A DNA stretch of 58,034 nucleotides from Trichoplax adhaerens (lineage: Eukaryota > Animalia > Placozoa), in the NCBI RefSeq assembly GCF_000150275.1, contig NW_002060986.1, positions 1 through 58,034 on the forward strand. Reading direction: 5' to 3'. The stretch's first letter is position 1; every line of letters starts with the position of its first letter. Below are positions 13,742 to 32,230 of this stretch, in pieces. A program made the translations under genes and the position numbers. The notes below the pieces were generated by a model. That model ran no database searches. It worked only from the letters and a program-made list of their open reading frames with translations, and was not told the DNA's origin.

Positions 13742-15312
13742 GCAGAGTGTTCAGAATAAGATTAACTCTGATATAGGCGCTAAAAAATTAGAGTAAGTAT
13801 ACAGTACAGTACAGTAGAATAGAATATTCATTCATACAGTACACGTTATTCCTATTGCTTACTGTACACTCTGACCATAAAAGTCCCTACAGTATGCTAC
13901 ATTGCTACTAGCATATGTAGACTCATATGCATCAATATGTGACAGCGTCCACGAACTACAGTACTGTACACTGTACAGTACATTGCGCAATCATGAACTG
14001 CTAGAAATTTCTACTACCCGACGGACCATTGATCTGTGTGTATTCGTCATGTCCTTGAACCTGCTGGAACTTCTTCCGTTCGATGGTTCGATGCTTATAC
14101 TCTACAGTGTACAGTACAGTACAGTACAGTACTGTACTGTACGCGACTGAGTCAATTGAACTATTGTACAGTACAGTATCAACTACTAGAAGAACCTGAA
14201 CTGGACCAAACCTGAATTGGAATAGACACTGATCAGTGATCATCCGTCGACGGACAGACATTTCCGCCCTCATCTCGTCTCGTCATAACGTTGTGCTAAA
14301 CACTTCGTTATGATCGAATTGTCATATGCTGATGGTCGATTTTGAATTGACTGATTTTTTTTTCTACGTTCAGTAATGTTCCATTGAATCCTATTATCTA
14401 TGACTCAGTTCTGCTTCAAAACAGCTGTAGAAGATCGTCGATGTTATTTAAATTAGGACCAGTGATTGAGACACGGAAGATCCATGCCAAGTAGCCATTT
14501 TTGGATATTGACGGCAGGGACTACTGGAAAGAAGAGAAAGGGACGAGACACGGCCGAAGCCTGCAAAAAATGAGAAGGCCGACTTTTTGACCGGCATTGT
14601 AGAATACACTACGGCTGTAACCCTACACTGTACAGTACTGTACTGTACTGTACATTAAGCTGGCAGAGAACTTGCAGCACGGTCGTCTACTGTACAGTGT
14701 ACACCACTGTGCGGTACTGTATAGCCCTTACCGATGGTGAGTACAGTTGAAATGACTAGCAGGAAAGTCGGGCCTGTAGGATATGATCATTGTTGACCAC
14801 CTCATTGCTCAATGAGTGAGTCAATGCTCATTTGGTAAGCAAAGTCGATCTGTCCGTTTGTCTTGCTTCCCCTTTCGGCTTTCCTTCCTCTAAAATGGTC
14901 TTGTAGCAGTCCATGATTACAGCACTGTACTGTAGACGACAAAGCGGAACGTACTGTACTGCAGGCTAGTGTCATCTAGCTGCGTCGTTGAGTACTTCAC
15001 TGTACGCATTACTCAACCATTTTTCCCCTCTGATAAACAAGAGATGGGATTGGAAATCAACTCACAGTACCAACAATGTCCAGGCTGGTGACTTGACAGT
15101 ATTGATCGCTATATCCTCGGATTGGAAATACTGTTTCGTTCAGGAATTAACTGCGATTGCGACCTTACTTGCCTACTGTCGAAGAAATTTAGAGTTCATT
15201 CTTAGAGAGGAAAAATCATACAGTAGTCTCTGTCATTAAAAGGTTGCTTTGCCATCGGTAGTCCTCTACTACTGGTAAGAGTAGCGTTCGGAGATCTGGC
15301 ACTGCAGTAGTC

Positions 15313-15681
15313 TACAGTGCCAGACTACCAGTGTACAGTACCAGACTACCAGTTTACAGTACCGGTGTACTGTACAGTACAGTACCAGAATACCAGTTTA
15401 CAGTACCAGACTACCACTGTACAGTACAGTACCAGACTACCAGTGTACAGTACAAGACTACCAGTGTATAGGGTGTCTCATAAGTCTTTCCCACTGTTTG
15501 AAATCATATGAAATTATAGTTTCAAGTCCTTATTAGACAAATTTGGTATCATTTGTACACTGTACAGTAGCAGACTACCAGTTTACAGTACCGGTGTACA
15601 GTACCAGACTACCAGTGTACAGTAGCAGACTACCAGTTTACAGTACCGGTGTACAGTACTAGACTACCAATGTACAGTACC
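15313..15681. repeat. Minisatellite of about 21 bp (TACAGTACCAGACTACCAGTG/T) upstream of Miro, interrupted by a TIR-like fragment
   Basis: Repeated CAGTACCAGACTACCAGT(G/T)TA units on both sides of 15467-15550. Confidence 0.85.
15467..15549 (+). mobile_element. Tc1/mariner-like terminal inverted repeat or MITE end fragment
   Basis: Begins TA-TAGGGTGTCTCATAAGT, resembling TA-(C/T)AGGGTG termini of Tc1/mariner-superfamily elements. Its distal 57 bp recur at window positions 1-57. No opposite terminus or transposase is seen. Confidence 0.5.
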
Positions 15682-15953
15682 AACCCCTTCTTACTACTGT
15701 ACTGTATCAACTCAATCAGCACCAATAGACGGTAGCAGTATGGACACTGGACAGGAGCATGAGTGTCCAAGTCAAAGCAAATTGGGGATACACGACTACC
15801 GCACTAGAGATAACCCACTGGTACATGAGTACAACAGCCAATGGACTGTAGCGTGATTGCAAGTGAGAATCAACCATCGATCGACCAATACCGGTAGGCA
15901 AGTTGCCATACTTGATGTACTAGTGGCGGCGGCTGTAACGGAAAGGCAAAAAA

Positions 15954-22337
<6,384 letters not shown>

Positions 22338-23025
22338 TGCTTATAATATTATGCGAAATTGTCCTTGCATGAACATCCATGCGACGCGAATAATATATTT
22401 TAAGCTAACTGTATTAATGTAGCATCGAAATGTGATATAGATAGCTGTTAATGGTATCGGTATTTTGAAGTTTAGCGATGCAAGATCGTTAAATGCGAAT
22501 CGTAGTACGGCGACATCTACTGACTTTCTAAAATTGGAATGAAATCACCTATTGTATTGCACTGTTCTAGTTTTGAGAATATTTTAATATTACAATTCTT
22601 ACGAAAGCTAAGATAGATACATGATGGTAACTGCATCAGTATCTTCGAAAGGTTTATCTTTAGTATTTACTATCATTAAGCATATCATTTACTGGCTTAG
22701 GCTGTAGTCTGTATCTACCTGCGGTATATACACTTGTCTTTTTAGAAATATAATGTAGCAGTCCTGTTCATTTTGTACAAAGATTTGAAGTCACTGCCAA
22801 GCGCTTTGCTGCATTAAGGGATGCTATGATTAAAATAAAAAGTCATAACTATAACCGTTACGCTTTATATTTGCGTCAGTGATATATTGTTCGCCGCCAG
22901 AGGAAAAATATTTCGCACGGAAACAAGTATCACAGAGTATCTTTAAGCTCGAAGTCAAGCAAAATGAAACAGAAAGGTATCTTTCGAAGCAATTTTATTC
23001 TACATAAACACCAATATACAATTTA

Positions 23026-24341
<1,316 letters not shown>

Positions 24342-24594
24342 TTTGATCTACAAGGGTAATCAAGCGAGCAATTAGCTTCCAAACGAGAAGAGCATAGAAT
24401 AATCAAGTCAGCCATCTTTACCACGCGTATTGTAAAATTAAAAATATCACTATTTTACGATCAATTCTAGTCGAAAACTACAAAATAACTACATCAAGGG
24501 TAAGTACTGAACAAAATGTAGCCTAAAAATTAACATTAACACAGAATTGGTCAAGGATGTTGGAGATTAAAGCTTTATGGTTAAGGTCTCTTAC

Positions 24595-24630
24595 CTCCTG
24601 TACATGGATGCTAGGAAAAAGAGAAAGATG
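24595..24630 (-). promoter_or_regulatory. RPS15A non-coding first exon with 5'TOP/TCT-type pyrimidine tract
   Basis: The minus strand reads CTTTCTCTTTTTCCTAGCATCCATGTACAGGAG followed by a GTAAG donor at 24594. The acceptor lies 6 nt before the ATG. This is the typical ribosomal-protein gene layout. Confidence 0.75.
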
Positions 24631-25404
24631 ATAGAAAACCACAAGGTTTTTCTTCCCTGTGGCAGACTCTTATGCGACTGCGCGATTTCAGCGGCAACAT
24701 GTAAGCGACTTGGTGGTAGATCATGTGGCGCTGAGCAGCATACTAAGTAGTGTGTCACAAGGACTGTTTGGTAAGGTTGGTTTTCTTATTATACGTTTCG
24801 GACCATATGACCATTGACCAGTACAGTACGCTATACTGTACTCAGTGTACTGTACACTGTACACTGTACACTGTACAGGGCGCTACTCGCATAGCAGGGT
24901 TTATGCAAGATGATAGCGCAAGCGCCCACTGCTAAACCAACTGTAGACTAAGATAGATTTTAGTAGCCTTTGAGTACATGACACTAGTAAAAGAGATTAT
25001 GGCTATTTGGAAAGGGAAATGGGATTGATTGCAGTCAAATAGAATTGATCCTATAGAGGCAAAATTTTTATGTTACGGCTTTTGAGTGAGAATTTGGGGT
25101 TGAGTAAGTCCCTGACTGTGTACACAGTACAGTACTCGACACACAGTGTACAGTACAGTATACTGTACACTGTGTACTGTACTCTCAGGGAGTGACAACT
25201 GACTTGTAAAGGGTGTACGGGTGTACAGTACAGTACGTACACTACTGTAACACGGACACACGGTACAGTACTGTCTGTACTCACAACGAACAATCGTAAT
25301 TAATCGATTCAATTAAGTTAATTAATTAATTAATCGATTAACTTAAATAAATTAAATCGTATTGATACTACAGTACAGTTTTGTACAGTACACTCAAATA
25401 GCGT

Positions 25405-26080
25405 ACTGTGTACTGTACACTCCAAACTGTGCTATCTACCGTTTCAGTCCTAGACATTCTCTTTTACCGCGTATTCAGCGCAGTGAAGGACAGTTACAGT
25501 ATAGATATACTGTACGTACCTCTGAACATGACTGATAGGATATGGGATGATACCGTACAGTATGGCGTCGTCCATGACAGTAGCACTGTACAGTGTACAG
25601 TACAGTGTACAGTAGTGTACAGTACACTGTACATTGTACACTCCAAACTGTGCTATCTACCGTTTTAGTCCGAGACATTTTCTTTCTTTTACCGCGTATT
25701 CAGCGCAGAAACGGACAGTTACAGTATAGATATATTGGATGTACTCTGAACATGTCTGATAGGATATCGGATGATACTGTACAGTATGGTGTCGTCCATA
25801 CCAGTAGCACTGTACAGTACAATGTACAGTAAAGTAGGGTACATTGTACTGTACACTCCAAACTGTGCTATCTATCGTTACAGTACAATGTACTGTACAG
25901 TGTACACTCCAAACCGTGCTATCTACCGTTGCAGTCCGAGACATTTTCTTTTACCGCGTATTCAGCGCAGAAAAGGACAGTTACAGTATAGATATACTGG
26001 ATGTACTCTGAACATGTCTGATAGGATATCGGATGATACTGTATGGTGTCGTCCACGACAGTAGTACTGTACTGTACTCT
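25405..26080. repeat. Tandem array of three copies of a 220-270-bp unit between divergent RPS15A and COX19
   Basis: CACTCCAAACTGTGCTATCTACCGTT...TTTTACCGCGTATTCAGCGCAG...GGACAGTTACAGTATAGATATA recurs at about 25418, 25639 and 25905, with a partial copy at about 25854. Confidence 0.92.
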
Positions 26081-26343
26081 TTGAATAATCGCATGAAATT
26101 TGAGGTACAGACTCTTAAAATAATGCATCATCGTTTAAGCTATTTACGCTGAGTATCTTGAGTAATCGGGTTATTATGGCTGGGCTTACTGTACTGTACT
26201 GTACAGTACAGTGTACAGTGTACAGTACAATGTACAATGCACTGTAAGTCGGTTGGGATCTTGGAATCGGTATGAAAGCTGCAAAAAAAGGACTGCAAGC
26301 CAATGTTCGACTGACCGCTAATGGTGATGACGCACAAGCACCA

Positions 26344-27564
26344 ATGAATTACAGCAGCAGAAGATTTTCTCCTACACCTCCTGACAAAGGAAGTTTCCCT
26401 TTAGATCACGATGGTATGCAAGAATGTTGCACATTAACTGTACTTTGACCAATGTATGTGTATTCAATTCCAAACTGAAGCCTTTCAATCACTGTACTAT
26501 ATCATTGGCTGACTTCTGCATGGATAAAAAGGAAGAAAATGAAATTTTCATGCCACTGCTGAACTGATACAGCGTGCTGAAGATACATGCCTGCATGACA
26601 TGGATCATTGATTATTTTTTGTATTCATTTCTAACCATCAGTCAAAAACAATCTAGTCTGCAATCTGCAATAATTCACCGGTGGTCTAACAATTATCATC
26701 AGCCAATATGGGTGGCAGATAATGCGATGTAGTACGAGTATCGGTAACGTGTTGTGCAATGTTTGCATGTATGTATAATTGTACTATATATGCACTAGGC
26801 AGAAAATTAATTACCAACACATTCTTGTACATTGTTATACCACCGTGGAGTATGTAGCACATAGAGGGTCTCTAGTGTAGCATGGCTACACCAGCTTAAG
26901 TAAACTAAATAGCAGTAATGGAGTTAGCATGCATAGCAATGGTGTGATCAAGCTTGATAGCAATCGAGCGCAGTCAGCCAAGAGGATGGATTGATATAGA
27001 ACCTTATACTACTTGCAAATGGATATTATGAAAGCAGATGTTATAATCGTTCATTTTATTTTATCCTCAGCCAAGTATAAGACGCATACATGCGATGATG
27101 TAAACTGATTATGATAACATAATGATATCCATTCACTCTTGATCGATCTTATTTAATCCCTATCTTATACAGATAATAAGGATCATTTAAATTACTAAGT
27201 TGAAGCCTTGACATCAAATTAGGTGAATGTAAGACTTTTATGAAGACCTACATGCAATGCTTAGAAAAGAGTAACTATGAGCAAAGCGATTGCCGTAAGG
27301 AAGCTAAAGAATATTTGCAATGTAGAATGGATAGGTAAGATCAATTCAATCACTAATGCTGCATACAATTTCTTAGTAAAATAATGCACCTTGATCATGT
27401 TACACTGGCAATAGCCTGGGAAGTTCATAATGTTGTGTGTCAAATTATCTCTTGTCTAACGGTGATGCATATACTTTATTATATATCGGTTATGAAGGCA
27501 ATTAATGGCTAAGGAAGACTTTAAGAATCTTGGATTTAAAGATGAAACTAAGAATCAAACTTAG
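26344..27564 (+). CDS. COX19: Cytochrome c oxidase assembly factor COX19 (twin CX9C), 3 exons
   Basis: Exons 26344-26413, 27223-27334 and 27498-27564 give [74 protein letters not shown]...*. An in-frame upstream ATG lies at 26272. Missed by the ORF track. Confidence 0.95.
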
Positions 27565-28867
27565 ATACCACGTCTGTAATTGCACCGTCTACTGAATATG
27601 CCTTTAGACGAAAATCTGAAGAATTGGTGTATACGCACATATGAAGAAATAGTTGGCGAAGAATATAATTCTTTTAATCCTATTCAAGTATACAATTCGG
27701 TCATTTGAAGTATCAGTGTAATGTTTTTGAAAGCAGAGAGATTACAATGCAACGGCGGCCGTTATCCTGCAATGATACTTTCCATCATTCTTTCTTTATA
27801 AAGCCCTCCATCAATTGGATCGTTAGTAGAGAACTACACGTATATCATTTAGAATACTATCATTACGGAAGTAATCAGCTCGAATATTGTAGACCTTGCT
27901 CAACTCAAATTAAGTATAAATAACTGCCTGATTAAATGAGCTATCTCTTACGAAAATATTGTAAGCATGCTGTAAATAAAACTATTATAATTATTATTCA
28001 ATAAAATAATCATTTTTTAAAATTGATTCCAAGAATATACTTCTAAGAAAGTTATTGGTTTCTAGCTTCGAAGTTTGGATGTTGATTGTTTATAGTAATA
28101 AAATGGTCACGTACTAAAAGTAATTCATTAATGATTGATGATCACAATACTTTGTTGAGTAAGCACGTCTTTTACAAATTACAAATTATTGGCGATAGGT
28201 TAGCTTTGGAGTAGTCGTCATCAGCAGTATTGACATTTCATCAATTAGCCCATCATAGCATTATCGGGCATTACTAGAACTGCTATTAGTAAATTACTAA
28301 AGACAGTTACTAAGCTGAAGCATCAAAAGTCAATTTAGAGAAAATCAATAATCACAATTTAATAAATTAAAAATAGGATAGTGACTAATTTATTATTCAT
28401 TTCCTTAAAATATAAAACAATTCTTCCATTGTACAGCGAATATGTAATTTAAAGATGTATCGCAAGTTGGCCATTGAGAACAACACAAATATATCGTACA
28501 TTAACTTCTTTTCTGTTCGAGAATACTTGCAACAAGCGCAATATTCTAAAGTTGTAGGACAAAGTAGATAACTGATTGTGTGACTCATATTCAAACGAGA
28601 ATATAATTGAAAATTCAACAGATATAATTATATCCATCTATAGAAATCTCCATGCCTTCCTAGCTAAGGCGTTACTTCTAGCTATAATTATGCACTACAA
28701 TCGGATGCTCTGCTAAAAAGTGCAAATTTTAATGATGTAATATTCCTAAATTATAGAAAATTATACTGGAAGTATACCTATTAACTTGATTCTTATAGCT
28801 ACGGCTATTTTAGACGAAGCTGCTATCATGTTGATTTATTACTTGGTATTTGCTAACTCTTAATTGT

Positions 28868-29800
28868 TTAAAAATCAAATACTTCTTTGTCATAGAAGGT
28901 CAGAGCTTGTAATAGGCAATCGCTCAGGTCATCCTTTTTTGTAATGCTTGTAAATTCAGAAATTTGTTGATTTGTAAATGTAACGTTATGACATTTTGAC
29001 TTTCCATTCATTAACTCAAGAACCTTATTTATAGCATCAGTCTTCTTTTGGGGACCTTTTGATAAATTAAAATAGGATTGGACAGTCTTAGCATTCATTG
29101 ATACAACCTTGTTAGGCTGCAATACACAATAAAGGAACGCTTCCAATATTCTGAGAGGTATCCCAGTATTAAAGGAAGCGCCGTGATGGGGAATCGCACT
29201 TGCTTGTTCGATTACATAAACATCAGCAGCAGGCAGGGTCCGACGAATACCGATTACATTTTCGTAAGTAGTTTGCAAGCTATTGCTAGTCATTGTTGGG
29301 AAGCATAATTTACGCCAATCTAGCAGAGTTAATTCTCTATTTATATGGACATAAGCAAAATTTTTAAATCCTAGATCGATAGAAACAATGCTTTGTATAC
29401 TTTTACGCAAATCTTGATCAATTAATGGTGGGTACCTTCGAATCGATAAATGATTTTCGCTTTTGAGTAATCTATCAATTAATTTTGATGAAAATCCTCT
29501 CAGTTGTTGAAGTTGATCTAAGCTACTAAATGAACCATTGGATTTTCTATAATCAATAATAAGGTTTGCTTTTAGCTGGCCGATTCCCTTCATGTTTAGC
29601 AATTGTTGCTTGTTAAACATATTGAAACGTTCTAGCAATTCATTGTGACTTAAATCGCTACTGCTAAATCGAAGTGAATGAAATGGCATGCAATAAGGCG
29701 AACGACTAATGCCAACGGTATTCTTCCAAGTTGCCGGTCTACGTTGAAAGTATCCAAGTGTTGTTTTCATAATTTCATTTGCAAAACTCTTTGGAGCCAT
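28868..29800 (-). CDS. TEFM: Mitochondrial transcription elongation factor TEFM (tandem HhH plus RuvC/Ydc2-like fold), intronless
   Basis: Basic Ser/Arg-rich N-terminus (possible presequence). HhH motifs MKGIGQLKANLIIDYRKSNGSF and LRGFSSK. C-terminal SIVSIDLGFKNFAYVHINRELTLLDW, LPAADVYVIEQ, LEAFLY and DDLSDCLLQALTFYD match the TEFM architecture. First ATG at 29800; the ORF-track start at 29896 is a TTG. Confidence 0.88.
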   Translation of the reverse strand: MAPKSFANEIMKTTLGYFQRRPATWKNTVGISRSPYCMPFHSLRFSSSDLSHNELLERFNMFNKQQLLNMKGIGQLKANLIIDYRKSNGSFSSLDQLQQLRGFSSKLIDRLLKSENHLSIRRYPPLIDQDLRKSIQSIVSIDLGFKNFAYVHINRELTLLDWRKLCFPTMTSNSLQTTYENVIGIRRTLPAADVYVIEQASAIPHHGASFNTGIPLRILEAFLYCVLQPNKVVSMNAKTVQSYFNLSKGPQKKTDAINKVLELMNGKSKCHNVTFTNQQISEFTSITKKDDLSDCLLQALTFYDKEVFDF

Positions 29801-30913
29801 ATCGCAACTTGGCCAACTATAGTAAAGGCGTCTATCGTCCGTCAATGTTGATAATCTTTTTAGAGAAGCAAGATTTCCCAGGTTATTATAAACCAATTCT
29901 ATTGCAAGTTGTATCGACTATCGACTACGGTATTCCATTGCTATTGAATCCATTACGCAATCATTAAACAATAACTTGTCATTCCAGTATGTCGACCAAT
30001 CTTTAGACAAAATAATAAATACTGTATACTGTCTATATTATACTGTATGCGTCGTGATACGCGTACAGTTGATAATTCTTTTCCCTTAGTCAATCGTTTA
30101 GATAAAAGTGCAAAGTTATCTTGCAAAGGAATACTCAATTGCAAATCAATGCTTCTAGTAATGTTACGTATATCTAGTATTTCGTCAAAATCAGCTCAGA
30201 TTGCTGGAGCTAGTCAATTTCTGGAGGAGGCAGTATTTTACCAGTGTTAAGGCGATCGAAAGCATCAATCTTGAAGTAGCTGCACTATTGATGTTGCCAA
30301 TTTATCACTGCAACTCGATTCATTAAGCTTATTCTTGCATTCTGCATCGCTCTGCAACCTACCGCTCGCTCAGCTATGAACAGCAACTGCTGGTCCAACT
30401 TGCACAAGAAATGATGTCACCCATGGCGATGATTTGGTACTTAAGGGTTCTAAACCAACAGTGACATCATTTTTGCTAGCGATGTAGTCTAATTGTATCA
30501 GCGATGACCTAATGAATGAATAGTAATCTACTTTCCATTATGAAACAAATCGATAAAAATGATGTCGCGCCCAGCGGCTTGCCTAACCTATGAAATCATG
30601 GTCACGGGTGACATTATTTTCTCACACAGGCTTTACTATATCGTAGACTACAATACACGTGCAAAGTACCAGCAGAAACTACAGTACTAACTAAAAGGGG
30701 AAGAGAGGTGACAGCAATCACACAGTACAGTACTGTAGTCTACTGTACTGTGTGTACGGTACTATTCTGTAGTGGTCAGTACAGTCATGAACTGCTACAG
30801 TACAGTACACTGTACACTGTACAAAAGACCGTAATGCTGTATTCATACCGTACCGTGCCGTACTGTTGTGTTCTGAGAAATCGCTATAGTTGAGCACAAG
30901 TTGAGCCCGAGCA

Positions 30914-31950
30914 AAATTTTGCATGTTAATTAATTAAAATATGGCAGTACTGTTCTGAAATAATCATACTGTACATCACACTGAAAGAAAATAAGGGGAC
31001 TGCCAGCAGCTCATGACCTAAAACGTAGCTGTAGCTGTAACTACATTATTCTGCTTCATCAGTTATACTAAAGTACTGCCTAATATTTCATATTAATTAT
31101 TAATGCAGGTACTAAATTTTGCATGTTACAGTTATGAGTGTATGACAGGACTGCAATAATCATACTGCACACTGAAAGAAAATAAGAGACTGCCAGCAGC
31201 TTATGACCTAAAACGTAGCTGTAGCTGTAACTACATTATTCTGCTTCATCAGTTATACTAAAGTACTACCTAATATTTCACATTAATTAATGCATGTACT
31301 AAATTTTTGCATGTTACAGTATGAGTGTATGACAGGACTGCAATAATCATACTGCACACTGAAAGAAAATAAGAGACTGCCAGTAGCTCATGACCTAAAA
31401 CGTAGCTGTAGCTGTAACTACAGTATTCTGCTTGATCAATTATACTAAAGTACTGCCTACTATTTCACATTAATTAATGCATGTACTAAATTTTGCATGT
31501 TACAGTATGAGTGTATGACAGGACTGCAATAATCATACTGCACACTGAAAGAAAATAAGAGACTGCTAGCAGCTCATGACCTAAAATGTAACTGGAACTA
31601 TTTTGGCTTATCAATTCAGCTATTCGTATAGTTTTATACTACAGTACTGCATAATATTTCATATTAATGCATGTTATATACTAAATTTTGCATGTTACAG
31701 TATGACAATACTGCAATAATCATACAGCACACTGAAAGAAAATAAGAGATTCCCAGCAACTCATGACCTAAAACGTAAAACGTAGCTGGAACTAACCTAT
31801 AGTTTTATACTACAGTACTGCATAATGTCTCATATTAATGCATGTACTAAATTTTATGTTATAGTGTGACATTACTGTAATCATCATACAGCATACTGAG
31901 AAAATAAGGGTTTGCCTGCAATTATAACCTAAAACGTAGCTGTAACTGGT
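30914..31950. repeat. Tandem satellite, about 6 copies of a 185-200-bp unit, degenerating to the right
   Basis: AAATTTTGCATGTTA...CACACTGAAAGAAAATAAG...CATGACCTAAAACGTAGCTG recurs with starts near 30914, 31114, 31301, 31488, 31683 and 31848. Confidence 0.95.
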
Positions 31951-32230
31951 AGGCTTCAAAGTAAGATTACAGTAACAAGAGGTATATACAGTAAAGTAAT
32001 AATATATGCTTATAATAATAACTATTCATGCTCAAACAATAATTTAGTTATTTTTATTTTAAAGCAAATATGTCTATATATGCATCCGTTATGTCCTAAA
32101 AATATGATATTTTACACAGTATATAAAATTTTTGCTATATATTGAAATAAACATGGTTATTTTTTTGCATTTGAGGAGATTAAATTTGTGCTTATGTTGG
32201 ACAGATACTACCGGCTGTAATATGAGTATA

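Noticed and set aside
12862-13776. Long ORFs of 290-304 aa (and 341-369 aa at 54210-55319)
   Set aside because: Artefacts of reading through N gaps.
28868-29896. Viral or bacterial RuvC / Cas12-TnpB-Fanzor-like nuclease insertion
   Set aside because: The HhH plus RuvC-fold order, the LLDW and DCLLQALTFY motifs and a presequence-like N-terminus fit nuclear-encoded TEFM. There are no transposon ends, zinc finger or bridge-helix features.
30914-31950. CRISPR-like interpretation of the repeat arrays (also 25405-26080 and 15313-15681)
   Set aside because: Whole units are duplicated with no unique spacers, there are no cas genes, and the context is eukaryotic.
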